Shown: in pieces, positions 18,349 to 28,548 of the stretch
Position numbering within the stretch: the stretch's first letter is position 1
Layout: every line of letters begins with the position of its first letter
Virus record (IMG/VR): IMGVR_UViG_3300025138_000026
Location: 1 to 64,000 of that record
Origin: a virus
Direction: 5' to 3' (one strand)
DNA length: 64,000 nucleotides
The notes under the pieces: model-generated
Seen by the model: the letters and a program-made list of their open reading frames with translations, nothing else
Database searches by the model: none
What the model was told of the DNA's origin: nothing
Position numbers and translations under genes: made by a program

Positions 18349-18514
18349 AATCTTTGTTTGTAAATCTTCCTTGAACGCTTTTCCAATATTCTTCGTCGCC
18401 CAACTCAATGTAACGTTTTTTCTGGATCTTGTAAAGCTTTTTTTGGATGTGGTTGCTATTTTTTTTGTCGTAGCCAATCAATTCACGTATTCTCTTAGCA
18501 GTGGAACCACTCAT
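18341..18514 (-). CDS. Small basic protein, 57 aa (not in ORF track)
   Basis: MSGSTAKRIRELIGYDKKNSNHIQKKLYKIQKKRYIELGDEEYWKSVQGRFTNKDYE*; fills the gap after the Clp gene. Confidence 0.6.
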   Translation of the reverse strand: MSGSTAKRIRELIGYDKKNSNHIQKKLYKIQKKRYIELGDEEYWKSVQGRFTNKDYE

Positions 18515-18528
18515 AATGTATGATCATG

Positions 18529-20853
18529 TTAGTGTCCACATTTTTCAACAAAAAGTTTAATGTTTTTCTCTCCAGATAAGACTCTTTCTGAAACAAATGG
18601 TGTTATTTCCGATAGGATCTTCTTGCTTAGAGCGTCTACTTTTACTTTCTCACTTTTAATTTGAGATACGATATCTTTAATATAATTAAAATTAAAAGTC
18701 AACTCTATATTATTGTCTTTTAATCTATTTTTTAATCTACTCAATTTAGACCAAAGCAATCTTCTTAGACCTTTGCTATCCAATTCTTTTAGAGAGAAGC
18801 ATTCATCTACAAGAGATAATATATCTGGGTGTATGACTAAATTGTCCTTATCTAACGTTGACTCTTGGAAACCCATAGATGATTGACTACTAGAAACAGC
18901 ACTTGTTAGGAATATTTTGCAATTTGTGAAATCAGCTATATCTCCATTACTCATTTGAAGCTGCCCATGCTTGAATATCTGATTAAATAAAGGAATGGAT
19001 ACTGGGCTAACTTTATGGAAATCATCTATAATTATCACACTATTCGGAGAAATTAAAACTTTTTCGCAAATAGATGTATTGTGTCCATCTGATGATGCTA
19101 TTTTATGAGCGGAATAAGAATCTGAAAAATGAACACCACTATAAGATAGTACATTTACTGAATTTTTATCCAAACTATCTTCAAGTAGCTCTACAAAATA
19201 AGATTTACCACTAAACCTTGACCCACTAACCACGAAACAATCTGGAGATGCGAAATTATCTGTCTTACGAATACCAAGTCCAGAAAGAATCATCTTCTCC
19301 CTTAAATTTTTAATAAATGTCTTTTGACCAATCAGGGATTCACTGATACAATCAAAAACTTTGTTTGTTATAGACCTATTATTTAGAGGATTTTTCTTGC
19401 GATCAAAGAAATCTCTTAGATGACAGAGCTTTACCTCTGGAGTTTTTTGAGAAACATCTCCTGTCCACTTCTCTAATGCACTGTTTAACTTCTCTAAAAG
19501 CTGTAGATGATCTTTTTCAGGATCTAGTGCTGCTGCCATAGCTTCTATTTGCTGATCTTTTATAGATGAATCTACCTCGTTATGGCTAACCTTTGATTGA
19601 GCACCGCAATGATCGATAATGTCAATCGCCTTATCTGGATAAAACTTATTCGGAATGTATTTCTCACAATAGTCTATAACATTATTTAAAAAACCGTCTG
19701 TATAAATAACCCCATGAAAGTCCTCATAATATGAAGTTATTGTAGGTAAGATCTCCTGCATCTGAAATTTAGATGGCTCACGAATTGAAATCCTCTCAAA
19801 CCTACGGTCAAGAGCTGAGTCTTTCTTAATCGTGTTCGTATACTCGTTAATCGTTGTGGCCCCAATACAACTAATTGTTCCGCGAGCCAACTCAGGCTTT
19901 AGTATATTTGAAGCTTCTAAGGAATTATTTGTAGCCCCTCCAGCCCCAACTAAGGTGTGAACTTCGTCAATAAATAAAACTAGATTAGTGTATTTCTTAG
20001 CTTCAGAAACAAAATCCTCTAAGCGCTTCTCAAACTGACCCCGATACTCTGTGCCAGCCACCATACTAGACAAACTAACAGAGTAAATAACTTTATTGGC
20101 TATTAGCTCTGGAGCATGTCCAGAAACTATTTTAGAAGCTAAACCCTCTACCAACGAGGTCTTACCTGTCCCAGCTGGCCCTACAAGTAATGCGTTTGGC
20201 TTTTTCTTCCTACAGAGCACTGTCGCGATCTCATCTATCTTCCCATCAAAATCAACAATAGTATCAAAATCTTCATTTAAAGCTTTTAAGTTTAAATTCT
20301 CAGCAAATTGAGATAGTATCTCGTTTTTAGAAAACATATCAATCCAATCCTCTGGAGTTTTAGCGGAAGAATCTACAAAATCACTGCCAAAATCAATATC
20401 TTTGACAATTAAAGATGATTCAGTAATAAAACCCAACACTACTTCTGCAGAAGCCTCGTCTCCTACAGGGAATAATTTTTTAATAACCTTCGGAGAATAA
20501 CCCTCTTCAAAGAAGACCATTAATATAACTTCTGGAGGTATATAGTCCAAAGAAAAACTATCCCTTGAAACTCTTTCCGCTTCTTGCAGGAGTTTTCTAA
20601 CCTCTGTTTTTAAAAATTTCTTCGTATACTTATTCTTTCTCTTTTTACTTAAAACCTTGCGAGACTCTTTTAAAAGATCTATTGGATCAACATCCACCTT
20701 CTTGAAAATAGAAGAGCAAGACTCACTTAAGTCATTGAGAAAACAGTGAAAAAACAAGTCTGTATCCGCTCCATTCCTATACAAAACATCACACAACTCT
20801 TCTGTCGTTTTGATGACACCCTCTATATGTGGGGTAAAAGGAAGATTAGTCAT
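18529..20853 (-). CDS. ClpA/ClpB/ClpC-family AAA+ ATPase
   Basis: Clp N-domain-like start; GPAGTGKT, AGTEYRGQFEKR, LFIDEVH, KPELARG, DSALDRRF and PDKAIDIID; second ring degenerate (GSRFSGKS, IIDDFHK). Confidence 0.9.
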   Translation of the reverse strand: MTNLPFTPHIEGVIKTTEELCDVLYRNGADTDLFFHCFLNDLSESCSSIFKKVDVDPIDLLKESRKVLSKKRKNKYTKKFLKTEVRKLLQEAERVSRDSFSLDYIPPEVILMVFFEEGYSPKVIKKLFPVGDEASAEVVLGFITESSLIVKDIDFGSDFVDSSAKTPEDWIDMFSKNEILSQFAENLNLKALNEDFDTIVDFDGKIDEIATVLCRKKKPNALLVGPAGTGKTSLVEGLASKIVSGHAPELIANKVIYSVSLSSMVAGTEYRGQFEKRLEDFVSEAKKYTNLVLFIDEVHTLVGAGGATNNSLEASNILKPELARGTISCIGATTINEYTNTIKKDSALDRRFERISIREPSKFQMQEILPTITSYYEDFHGVIYTDGFLNNVIDYCEKYIPNKFYPDKAIDIIDHCGAQSKVSHNEVDSSIKDQQIEAMAAALDPEKDHLQLLEKLNSALEKWTGDVSQKTPEVKLCHLRDFFDRKKNPLNNRSITNKVFDCISESLIGQKTFIKNLREKMILSGLGIRKTDNFASPDCFVVSGSRFSGKSYFVELLEDSLDKNSVNVLSYSGVHFSDSYSAHKIASSDGHNTSICEKVLISPNSVIIIDDFHKVSPVSIPLFNQIFKHGQLQMSNGDIADFTNCKIFLTSAVSSSQSSMGFQESTLDKDNLVIHPDILSLVDECFSLKELDSKGLRRLLWSKLSRLKNRLKDNNIELTFNFNYIKDIVSQIKSEKVKVDALSKKILSEITPFVSERVLSGEKNIKLFVEKCGH

Positions 20854-23407
20854 TTTTTACCTCCTTCAGTTTCATATATATATCCGTATTAATTGAATTG
20901 ATCTTATCCACAAAGTAAGCGTCACTACTTCTTGAACCATTTATAACAATAACTTGATTTTTGGCAATCTTTTCCCCACTTCCAAGAAAATTAGAAAGTT
21001 TCTGTTCCCTGCTATTATCCATAAATAAAAAATTCTTTGTCGCAGTGTTATCGCAAATTGTTAGTATCATATATTTATTATCATTGGATGATACTCTAAC
21101 AAAGAAATCTTTTACCTCCCCCACTACTTGAAAAGTCTCTCTTTCACTAAAAAACTCTAACTCTTTTATATCAACCAAAGAGGAAAACCTATCTATGAAG
21201 CAGTCACGTAGATTATGAGAATAACTATATCCTAGTAGGGTCGTTTCGTACCTCCAGTTTGAAAACATTTCATGCTTCCTATTCTGATTGTATATTTTCT
21301 TATAACCTGCGTATTTTTTCTCAAATGTCGTGAAACGTTTATCTTTCATTATCGGACGATTGTCATCCGCCAAGGTCTGACTCTTAACAACCTCTGATAT
21401 AGCATCTAAGATATCATAACCAAATCTTTCCCCCATCTTCACAAAGTTCCTCTTCTCTCTATCTGTTAATAGATTGAATGATTGAGCTTCCAAAACTAAG
21501 CGAGTCCTATTTGTTCCCGTATCATCCATTGTCCCAGCTTGTACAAGAGCCGCTAAAACAGAAATATTGATCCCACACTGCTTCGCTGCAAGAAAAACTT
21601 CATATTTATTATGAAATTTTTTCCCTCTGAAATCTATTAGGCTTTGTATGGATTTTAAAGAAATACCTTTAATACTATTTAATCCATACCTAATGTCTTT
21701 ACCCTCAATTTTAAAATTAAAATCGGATTTAAACAAACAAGGAGGTAGCATTTTGATACCAAAGTCTGCTAATTCTTCATTTACCCCAGATATTACTTCT
21801 AGTGGCTCTGGATCAAATTCAGAACACTCCAAGATTGAAAGGAAGAATTCCTGAGGATAAGTGTGTTTAAGATAAACTGTCTTAGCTGCTAAGTCGGCAT
21901 AAGCAAAGCTATGAGACTTGTTAAAAGAGTAATGAGACGCTGCAACCAGAGAATTCCAATAGAAGTCAGCTATTTCTTCAGTTAAACTTTTTGATTCGGC
22001 TGCATCATAAATTCTATCCTTCCACTTCGGCATTTCATCCACCTTTTTCTTTCCCACTATCCTTCTGAGAACCTCCGCTTCTTCAAGACTTAATCCAAAA
22101 ACATTGTGGGCAATTTGCATCAATTGCTCTTGATACAAGATAACATTTTTTGACCAAGATAAAATATCATCTAGCTCTGGATTTAAGTTTAATTCTGTAG
22201 GGTGGTCTTTCTGGTTCTTGTAAGAATCTACAAACTGTAGGGCTGCTGGTCTAGCAAGAGCGACAACATCTGAAAGCTCATTAATATCTACAGGTTTAAC
22301 TTTTTTACAAACTTTAAAGTTGGTCTCAGCTGAAATCTGGAACAATCCCATTGGGTGCTTGAAGTCTTGTAGTATATCGTAAATTAATTTATCATTTGGA
22401 TCAATATCCTCAAGGTCTACCTCTACTTTATCACATGTCTTGTGAGCAATAGTCAGTGTCCTTAGACCTAGAATATCAAACTTAACCATTAGATCTGCTA
22501 CGTCATTCATGTCGTATCCAGTAATTAGATCTCCGTCCTTAGTTCTTTGGAGAGGGACCATATCCTCAATTTTCTTAGAACAAATAGCAATCCCAGAGGG
22601 ATGAACCCCAGAGTTCTTAGGTAAACCCTCTACCTTCAAAGCATTTTCAAATGTTTTCTTGTGACTCTTAACCCAAGATTTAAAACTTTCCCCCTCCTCT
22701 CTCGCCTGATTCAAAGAAAAAACTTTTCCATGAATTTTAGGTATCATATCCGAAACTCTATTAGCTTCAATCTCTTTCGCTCCATCAAAGTATTTAGTGG
22801 CCTCTCTAATACAGAGCTTGGAGCTAAAAGTATTAAAGGTAAGTATTTTCGCTGTCCTGCCCTCGTGTTTCCTCTCGATATATTCTATGACCTTATGCCT
22901 TTGATCATAAGAGATATCAGAATCAACATCTGGGAGGAGGCTCCCAACAAGAAATTTATTACCCCTTTTGTCTTCAACCTTCTTTGCTCTTGATTTAGAC
23001 ACGAATCGCTCAAAAAAAAGATTATTAGGTATGGGGTCAATATTAGTAACTCCTAGCAAATATAAAACAAGAGAACCTGCAGCAGAACCTCGACCAGCAC
23101 CAGTGGGAATATCATTGTCATGGCAGAAATTAAGGACATCCCAGTTGAGTAAGATGTAATCTGTAAAATCCAAATCTACCAGAGTCTCTAACTCTTGTTG
23201 TGTTCTAGAAAAATAAACTTCTTTATTTTCGTACCGTACAATACCACGATCTTTTAATCCCTTCCTTGCAAGCTCATATAGGATCTCCTTATTCGTGCTA
23301 TCTAAATCCAGACCTAGCTCGTTTAACTTTGATTCGTTAACAACTGTTTTCGGAAGCTCAACTCCAGCTGGCTCGCAATCATCATATGGTGTGAAATCTT
23401 CAAACAT
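20846..23407 (-). CDS. dnaE: DNA polymerase III alpha subunit, catalytic part (lacks the N-terminal PHP domain)
   Basis: GRGSAAGSLV, FERF, PDVDSD, HPSG, KFDILGL, YQEQ, YSFNKSH; C-terminal OB fold. Confidence 0.95.
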   Translation of the reverse strand: MFEDFTPYDDCEPAGVELPKTVVNESKLNELGLDLDSTNKEILYELARKGLKDRGIVRYENKEVYFSRTQQELETLVDLDFTDYILLNWDVLNFCHDNDIPTGAGRGSAAGSLVLYLLGVTNIDPIPNNLFFERFVSKSRAKKVEDKRGNKFLVGSLLPDVDSDISYDQRHKVIEYIERKHEGRTAKILTFNTFSSKLCIREATKYFDGAKEIEANRVSDMIPKIHGKVFSLNQAREEGESFKSWVKSHKKTFENALKVEGLPKNSGVHPSGIAICSKKIEDMVPLQRTKDGDLITGYDMNDVADLMVKFDILGLRTLTIAHKTCDKVEVDLEDIDPNDKLIYDILQDFKHPMGLFQISAETNFKVCKKVKPVDINELSDVVALARPAALQFVDSYKNQKDHPTELNLNPELDDILSWSKNVILYQEQLMQIAHNVFGLSLEEAEVLRRIVGKKKVDEMPKWKDRIYDAAESKSLTEEIADFYWNSLVAASHYSFNKSHSFAYADLAAKTVYLKHTYPQEFFLSILECSEFDPEPLEVISGVNEELADFGIKMLPPCLFKSDFNFKIEGKDIRYGLNSIKGISLKSIQSLIDFRGKKFHNKYEVFLAAKQCGINISVLAALVQAGTMDDTGTNRTRLVLEAQSFNLLTDREKRNFVKMGERFGYDILDAISEVVKSQTLADDNRPIMKDKRFTTFEKKYAGYKKIYNQNRKHEMFSNWRYETTLLGYSYSHNLRDCFIDRFSSLVDIKELEFFSERETFQVVGEVKDFFVRVSSNDNKYMILTICDNTATKNFLFMDNSREQKLSNFLGSGEKIAKNQVIVINGSRSSDAYFVDKINSINTDIYMKLKEVKND

Positions 23408-24021
23408 TATAAATTCATATGTTTCTTTAATTTTAAGAAAATTTCATAACACTTCTTGATATCATACATGGCATTATGAAGCTTTTCCTCCTCAAACTCT
23501 ATACCGAAAAATTTCAATAGCTGATTTTGTGAGACCTTAGCCTTAAGGCTTCGGTCATTAATAATCTTGTATTGCCAACTCAACATGTCACTCTTCGGCT
23601 TATCTAACTCTTCTCTATATGCTTTACCTAAAGCTCTTGTATCATAGATTCTAGGTAAATAAGAGTAATCAGGCTCTTGACTTAACATCCTCTGTAAGAG
23701 AGCCACCATATAAACATCAAAGCCAAGTAAGTTTTGTCCAACCACAATATATTGGGGGTCAAATAAGTAGCTTTCAAATTTAGACCAAACCTCTGAAAGC
23801 GATCTGGATTTTTTATTATAATGATCCCAGTTGAACCCCGTCATTTCTTTTACAACCTTCGGGATGTTAAGCTCTTTATGAGAGATGAATTCATCATGCT
23901 CTTCTAAAACTTTGTTGCCTTGGCAAATTATCCAAGACAGCTGCCAAGGTTTAGAGGAATGTAAATTTAAACCTTCGGTTTCTGTATCAAAGACTAGATA
24001 TTTTTGGTTACTTGGCAACAT
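23407..24021 (-). CDS. DEDDh 3'-5' exonuclease (DnaQ/epsilon-like)
   Basis: FDTETEG, QNLLGFD and HNAMYD. Confidence 0.88.
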   Translation of the reverse strand: MLPSNQKYLVFDTETEGLNLHSSKPWQLSWIICQGNKVLEEHDEFISHKELNIPKVVKEMTGFNWDHYNKKSRSLSEVWSKFESYLFDPQYIVVGQNLLGFDVYMVALLQRMLSQEPDYSYLPRIYDTRALGKAYREELDKPKSDMLSWQYKIINDRSLKAKVSQNQLLKFFGIEFEEEKLHNAMYDIKKCYEIFLKLKKHMNL

Positions 24022-24706
24022 GTTCTAAAAAGGATTCGTATGAAAATTCATTGGAGCAAAAGTCGTCCAATCTTGGGTTACTGTAAGTCGGTACTCTGCC
24101 TTGTTTTCTACTGCAAACAGCTTTGTACATTTGGAATGCCTCAAAGTCTTCTTTGTCTCTGTAATAAATACTTTTCGCCTTCTCTGTTTTGACCTGAAGC
24201 TTCTTTAAAGCAGCACTAATTTGAAAATCAAATGGATGCTGGTTTGACTCTTCTATGTAAAAATGATCATAATTACTTAAGGAAAGTTCGCAAAGACCAA
24301 AGTGAAAAATATTATTGTAGACATAAGAGTCATAAAACGGGACTCCGATACTAACATCATCAAGCTCTGCGTCCCCCAACTCAGATAAATGTAAACAGTC
24401 TCCTTCACTAGTAAAGCACTTAGTATATAATTTCCTCACAACTGAGACTCCCTTGTTATTCTTTGGGAAAAACACTAGTTTGCTAGGTCTTTCAGACAGG
24501 TTTGATTGTACCACAGGTAATCTAACTCCATAAATCATGGGTATGCCGATTTCTAAGAAAGCTTTATTCACGACTCTAAACCCGTAGAAGTTATCCTCTA
24601 CCAGAATCATTTTATTTATGTCTCCTGATTGAGCAATCTCTACTAGATCCTCTACTCTTAAGAGAGATCTTCCTATGCTGAAGTTACTTTTGAATAACGG
24701 TATCAC
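24008..24706 (-). CDS. Stand-alone PHP domain of split DnaE
   Basis: PLFKSNFSIGRSLL..EDLV...ILVEDNFYGF...IYG...LVFFPKNNKG aligns by eye with DnaE N-termini; adjacent to dnaE. Confidence 0.75.
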   Translation of the reverse strand: MIPLFKSNFSIGRSLLRVEDLVEIAQSGDINKMILVEDNFYGFRVVNKAFLEIGIPMIYGVRLPVVQSNLSERPSKLVFFPKNNKGVSVVRKLYTKCFTSEGDCLHLSELGDAELDDVSIGVPFYDSYVYNNIFHFGLCELSLSNYDHFYIEESNQHPFDFQISAALKKLQVKTEKAKSIYYRDKEDFEAFQMYKAVCSRKQGRVPTYSNPRLDDFCSNEFSYESFLEHVAK

Positions 24707-24712
24707 TCTTGT

Positions 24713-24741
24713 AAATTACAAAAGTTCTACTCGCTTGTCAA
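24713..24741 (-). promoter_or_regulatory. Sigma70-type promoter (leaderless) for PHP-exo-dnaE-clp
   Basis: TTGACA-17-TAATTT, 6 nt before the GTG at 24706. Confidence 0.55.
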
Positions 24742-25756
24742 ATGAAAAAGCAGGGCATCCTGCATATTTTAACTTTTTAATTTTGAGTCCTTCTCTAAGA
24801 CGATCTTGTAAGTCTTCCTTATTGTCAGATGAAGCAATAAATTTCCCTTCACCATCCTCTAGATGATAATAATCTCTCGCGAACTTAAATGGACAATACC
24901 ACATTGGATTACCATCCTTTTTCAGTTGGCCAGCAAAATCAGCTCTACCACAAACGATTCTACCCGCAAACCCTTCTTCTTTTTTAGGATATCCTTTCTC
25001 CCAAGCTAACCCACTTTTTCCAACTTTTTCACTAAAATTATTTATAACCTGTTGGACCTCAGTTAAAAAATACTCAAAGCCTTCTAAATCTAATTCCTCT
25101 AACGGCTCCATCTCTAAAAGACCTTCTCCGTTTAAATCAAATTTAAGGAATAAAAATTCCATTCGTCTCTTCAAATATTCTGGGTAAAGATACTTAACTG
25201 CAAGACAATACATATAATCCTGCATATTATCAGAATATTCTTTTCCCTCAAAAATGCTTTTTGAAGTTTTGAAATCTCGTATAACAGCGGTCTTTTTACG
25301 TTTAAATAAAAACAACTTGTCTATAAACCCTAGTATCCTATAATTTTTGTCGCCATCATTTACCTTGATATCAAAATCTTTTTCTGAAATAGACTCAGTC
25401 GGCTTACTATCCGTATCTCCAAAAAAATCATAATTTAAACCCTCAACAGTCATTTTGTTGATAAGGTCCATGTTTTCAAAGTCATCTATCTCGTACTTTT
25501 TGGCATAAGCATCGACCATCCTTTTGATTGAAGGGCTGACATTTATATCTTGAGCCTTAAGAATCGCCTTGTAATGCTTCCTATGGCGAGGGTTTCCTAG
25601 ATTTTCAAATACTGCATGGCATATTGTTCCTCTCAAAGATCCATGATTAGACTTATCAGGGAGTCTCAAGTGGTATTTGCACCAATATTGCCAAGAACAT
25701 GTCTGTAACGTCTTAATTCGTGACGCTGACAGGGGTTTATTATCAAAAGTCTCCAT
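24716..25756 (-). CDS. PD-(D/E)XK RecB/Cas4-like exonuclease
   Basis: LSASRIK..C, RGT..H..E, GFIDKL, IRDFKTS, Q..MY and C-terminal Cys residues. Confidence 0.85.
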   Translation of the reverse strand: METFDNKPLSASRIKTLQTCSWQYWCKYHLRLPDKSNHGSLRGTICHAVFENLGNPRHRKHYKAILKAQDINVSPSIKRMVDAYAKKYEIDDFENMDLINKMTVEGLNYDFFGDTDSKPTESISEKDFDIKVNDGDKNYRILGFIDKLFLFKRKKTAVIRDFKTSKSIFEGKEYSDNMQDYMYCLAVKYLYPEYLKRRMEFLFLKFDLNGEGLLEMEPLEELDLEGFEYFLTEVQQVINNFSEKVGKSGLAWEKGYPKKEEGFAGRIVCGRADFAGQLKKDGNPMWYCPFKFARDYYHLEDGEGKFIASSDNKEDLQDRLREGLKIKKLKYAGCPAFSFDKRVELL

Positions 25757-26789
25757 AATAGAATGAGTTTTTCTTCACTAATTTATTTAGTGATGAGGAA
25801 AAACTTTTATTAACTCCTTTTTTATCCATGTCTCTCGCAATCTTTAAAACATGGGACATCGAGTTTTGATGTTGTTTATTATAACACTCAGTCGTGTATT
25901 TTTCTATTTGGATTTGATCCATCTCCCCAAAATCATTTTCTTCTGGGGGAATAAAATATACTTTATCAAAGTCTATTGAATCTACTAATTTAAAGACAGA
26001 CTTAATAGCCCCCTCAAACCCCCTGTTAACAGAAGACGTTTGATCATTATTAAATGATATAAAAATCTTTTTAATAGGTAAGAGGGCCAATCTAGATATA
26101 AAAGTCGGAGATATATTAAGGCCAAAAGAAACTAAAACATTTTTTACCCCCTTTTCATAAAGAGATAAGCAGTCTCCTACAGACTCTACAATATGGACTG
26201 ATTCTTTCTCCATTATAGCATCTCTAACTGAATCTATATTATAATATGGGAATAACCAATTAGAAGACTTCCCCATATGTAACCACTTGGGCCTACTATC
26301 TTGTGTTACCTTCCTACCAGAGAAACCATGGATACGTCCGTCTTTTCTAAAAATAGGAAATATAACTCTCTGATACATTTTACCAGACATAGCTAAACCA
26401 CACTTAAAATCCTCAAGGGTCTCCCTACTAATCCCTTTTTCTAAATAAAAATCGTAATGAGGAACAAGCTTTCTTAATGCCCGTTCTGGATATGTTTTTT
26501 CCTCTTTCAAAAGATATTTCTGTTTAATTCTCTCTCCTATACTTACACCATTATCTTTCAGATAATGGTTCACGGCCTTATCATCATTCGTGTTTAAAGT
26601 CTTTTTCAGTAGAGCCTCAAACGGCATAAATTGAGACTCCTCGACATAATCTTTCCAGACTCCAGTGTCTTTGTATATTTGAAGAGCTGTAGAATTATCT
26701 CCAGATCTGTAAACCGCATTCGTTCTCCAGTATGACCCATGGTCTTTCAGTCGATAACCAAGATTTTCAAGAACCTCTTTGTAGTTCAT
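25743..26789 (-). CDS. DNA primase (DnaG-like TOPRIM)
   Basis: RVIFPI..GFSGR...PKW, IVESVGD and NDFGEM; coupled to the helicase. Confidence 0.85.
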   Translation of the reverse strand: MNYKEVLENLGYRLKDHGSYWRTNAVYRSGDNSTALQIYKDTGVWKDYVEESQFMPFEALLKKTLNTNDDKAVNHYLKDNGVSIGERIKQKYLLKEEKTYPERALRKLVPHYDFYLEKGISRETLEDFKCGLAMSGKMYQRVIFPIFRKDGRIHGFSGRKVTQDSRPKWLHMGKSSNWLFPYYNIDSVRDAIMEKESVHIVESVGDCLSLYEKGVKNVLVSFGLNISPTFISRLALLPIKKIFISFNNDQTSSVNRGFEGAIKSVFKLVDSIDFDKVYFIPPEENDFGEMDQIQIEKYTTECYNKQHQNSMSHVLKIARDMDKKGVNKSFSSSLNKLVKKNSFYYGDF

Positions 26790-28315
26790 TACATCGGTAT
26801 TTGTTCCAAATCATTTTGGCGAACCTCAATTCCTCCCCCATTAGATGAATTTACAATATCTTGCAAGTCTCCACACTCATCAATCCTAAAGTTTTCTAAC
26901 TTAAGGTTAACAAAGTTTTGCCTCTTCGTCCCATCTGGCATCTCTACAGGATGGATAGCTCGTAAAGCATCTCTTCCTAAATGCCTAGCCTTTAAATTAA
27001 TAAGCTTATGAGTACCAAAATTAGAACCCTCGTCATGGATCTCTTCTGCCACCTTCCTCCTAAGCAAGAACAAATGTGAACAGAACTGGGTAATTCCATC
27101 TGAAAGAGAGACTACGCTCTCATCATCAACAATAGCTCCCGCATTTCTATTATTCGTAATGCCAAGTCTATTAGACTGAACCGAAGTTAACATAGAAACA
27201 CATGGTTTTCCATCAAAGGATAAATCTCTATGAATTGTCTGTTTAAATTTATGGACTAAATAAGAGACTTGCTGCCAACCATCTACCTTGCCAATACTTC
27301 CAAAATCACTCTTGATGTAATCAAAACTAAATATTAAACGGTTTCCTCTTCCTATTTTTGAGAAATAGAACCTCTTTAATAAAGAACACATTTCGTCAGG
27401 TGATAACCCTGCGACATTTTCATAATAAAATTCCATGTCCTTTATCTTTCCCCAAGCCGACCTAACTTTCTCGACAACCTCCTCTACACTCCAGTCTTTG
27501 TAAGCTGTTGTTCTCCACTTCCCTGTTTGCAAGAGCCATACTGGAATGCCTGTCATAGCGGAGCACTGCCTGAAAATTAATTCATCTTCACTCATCTCTC
27601 CATTATCAAAATGGAGAACTGGAACCCCATGCTCTGCAGAAACCTTTGTTGTATAATCCATACAAAAGTTTGTCTTACCAACTCCAGACCTAGCTACAAT
27701 AACAGAAATATTACCCGCTAGAAGTAGAGATCCATACATCTCATTAACTCTTGGGTGAGGTCCAAGCATTCCGAAATCTTCAACAGGATTATTCCCCCTG
27801 TCCTCTACAAGCTCTTCCATCATATCAAACAAATTGACTGGTCCAGCCTCTGTCATTTCAAAATCCTTAATGTTCTGATTATAGATTTGATCTGACTGCT
27901 CAACAATATCTCCATATTTAAGATTTGGATCTGCCTTTTTAACAAAATCAGCTACATTTTTACAGCTATTATAAATTTCTCTACGAGCTGTAAACTTTTT
28001 CAACTCCCGAACAGAACTTAAAAAGATATTCTCTGTGATCTTGTAGAAGGCAAGTGAATAAATATACTCTGCAACATCGACACTATCGGGGAATGTTGCC
28101 TTCAATTGATTAATTCTTTGAACTAAAATCGTTTCATCAATATTCTCTGCATTATTCAATGCGTTCTTAAGTAGCTTAAATATAGATACATTAACCTTTG
28201 AATCATCAGAATAAAAATCTCTCTCATTTAAAAAACTAGAGATTTCCTCCCACTTATGCTGGTGTTGAAGAACACCACTTAAAACCTTCTTTTCTAAATC
28301 AAATGAATGGATCAT
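26789..28315 (-). CDS. dnaB: Replicative DNA helicase
   Basis: LEKKVL N-domain, ARSGVGKT, EMS, FDYIK, QSNR and KAR. Confidence 0.9.
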   Translation of the reverse strand: MIHSFDLEKKVLSGVLQHQHKWEEISSFLNERDFYSDDSKVNVSIFKLLKNALNNAENIDETILVQRINQLKATFPDSVDVAEYIYSLAFYKITENIFLSSVRELKKFTARREIYNSCKNVADFVKKADPNLKYGDIVEQSDQIYNQNIKDFEMTEAGPVNLFDMMEELVEDRGNNPVEDFGMLGPHPRVNEMYGSLLLAGNISVIVARSGVGKTNFCMDYTTKVSAEHGVPVLHFDNGEMSEDELIFRQCSAMTGIPVWLLQTGKWRTTAYKDWSVEEVVEKVRSAWGKIKDMEFYYENVAGLSPDEMCSLLKRFYFSKIGRGNRLIFSFDYIKSDFGSIGKVDGWQQVSYLVHKFKQTIHRDLSFDGKPCVSMLTSVQSNRLGITNNRNAGAIVDDESVVSLSDGITQFCSHLFLLRRKVAEEIHDEGSNFGTHKLINLKARHLGRDALRAIHPVEMPDGTKRQNFVNLKLENFRIDECGDLQDIVNSSNGGGIEVRQNDLEQIPM

Positions 28316-28548
28316 ATGGAAATATCGTCATCTTTTTTAGTCATTGCTATCTCTATCAACTTGCTAAGAGCCATATCTACACAAGGATTTTCTGTTTTAG
28401 TTGTAACTGTTGGACAACCATCTTTATTAACGTAAATTAACATAAACCCTCTATTACCGCCATTCACAGACCCAGTTGAGTCATAAATCTTATCCAACAA
28501 AGATTGTGGGATATTGTCAGCAGGATCTTCTTCTTCAAGGTAACTCAT
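28312..28548 (-). CDS. Hypothetical protein
   Basis: 78 aa, ATGA-coupled within the replication operon. Confidence 0.7.
   Translation of the reverse strand: MSYLEEEDPADNIPQSLLDKIYDSTGSVNGGNRGFMLIYVNKDGCPTVTTKTENPCVDMALSKLIEIAMTKKDDDISI

Noticed and set aside
7736-18477. ORF-track upstream starts at 7822, 8336, 9864, 13480, 17496, 18257 and 18477
   Set aside because: Each extends far into a neighbouring gene or past a promoter motif; downstream starts fit gene coupling better.
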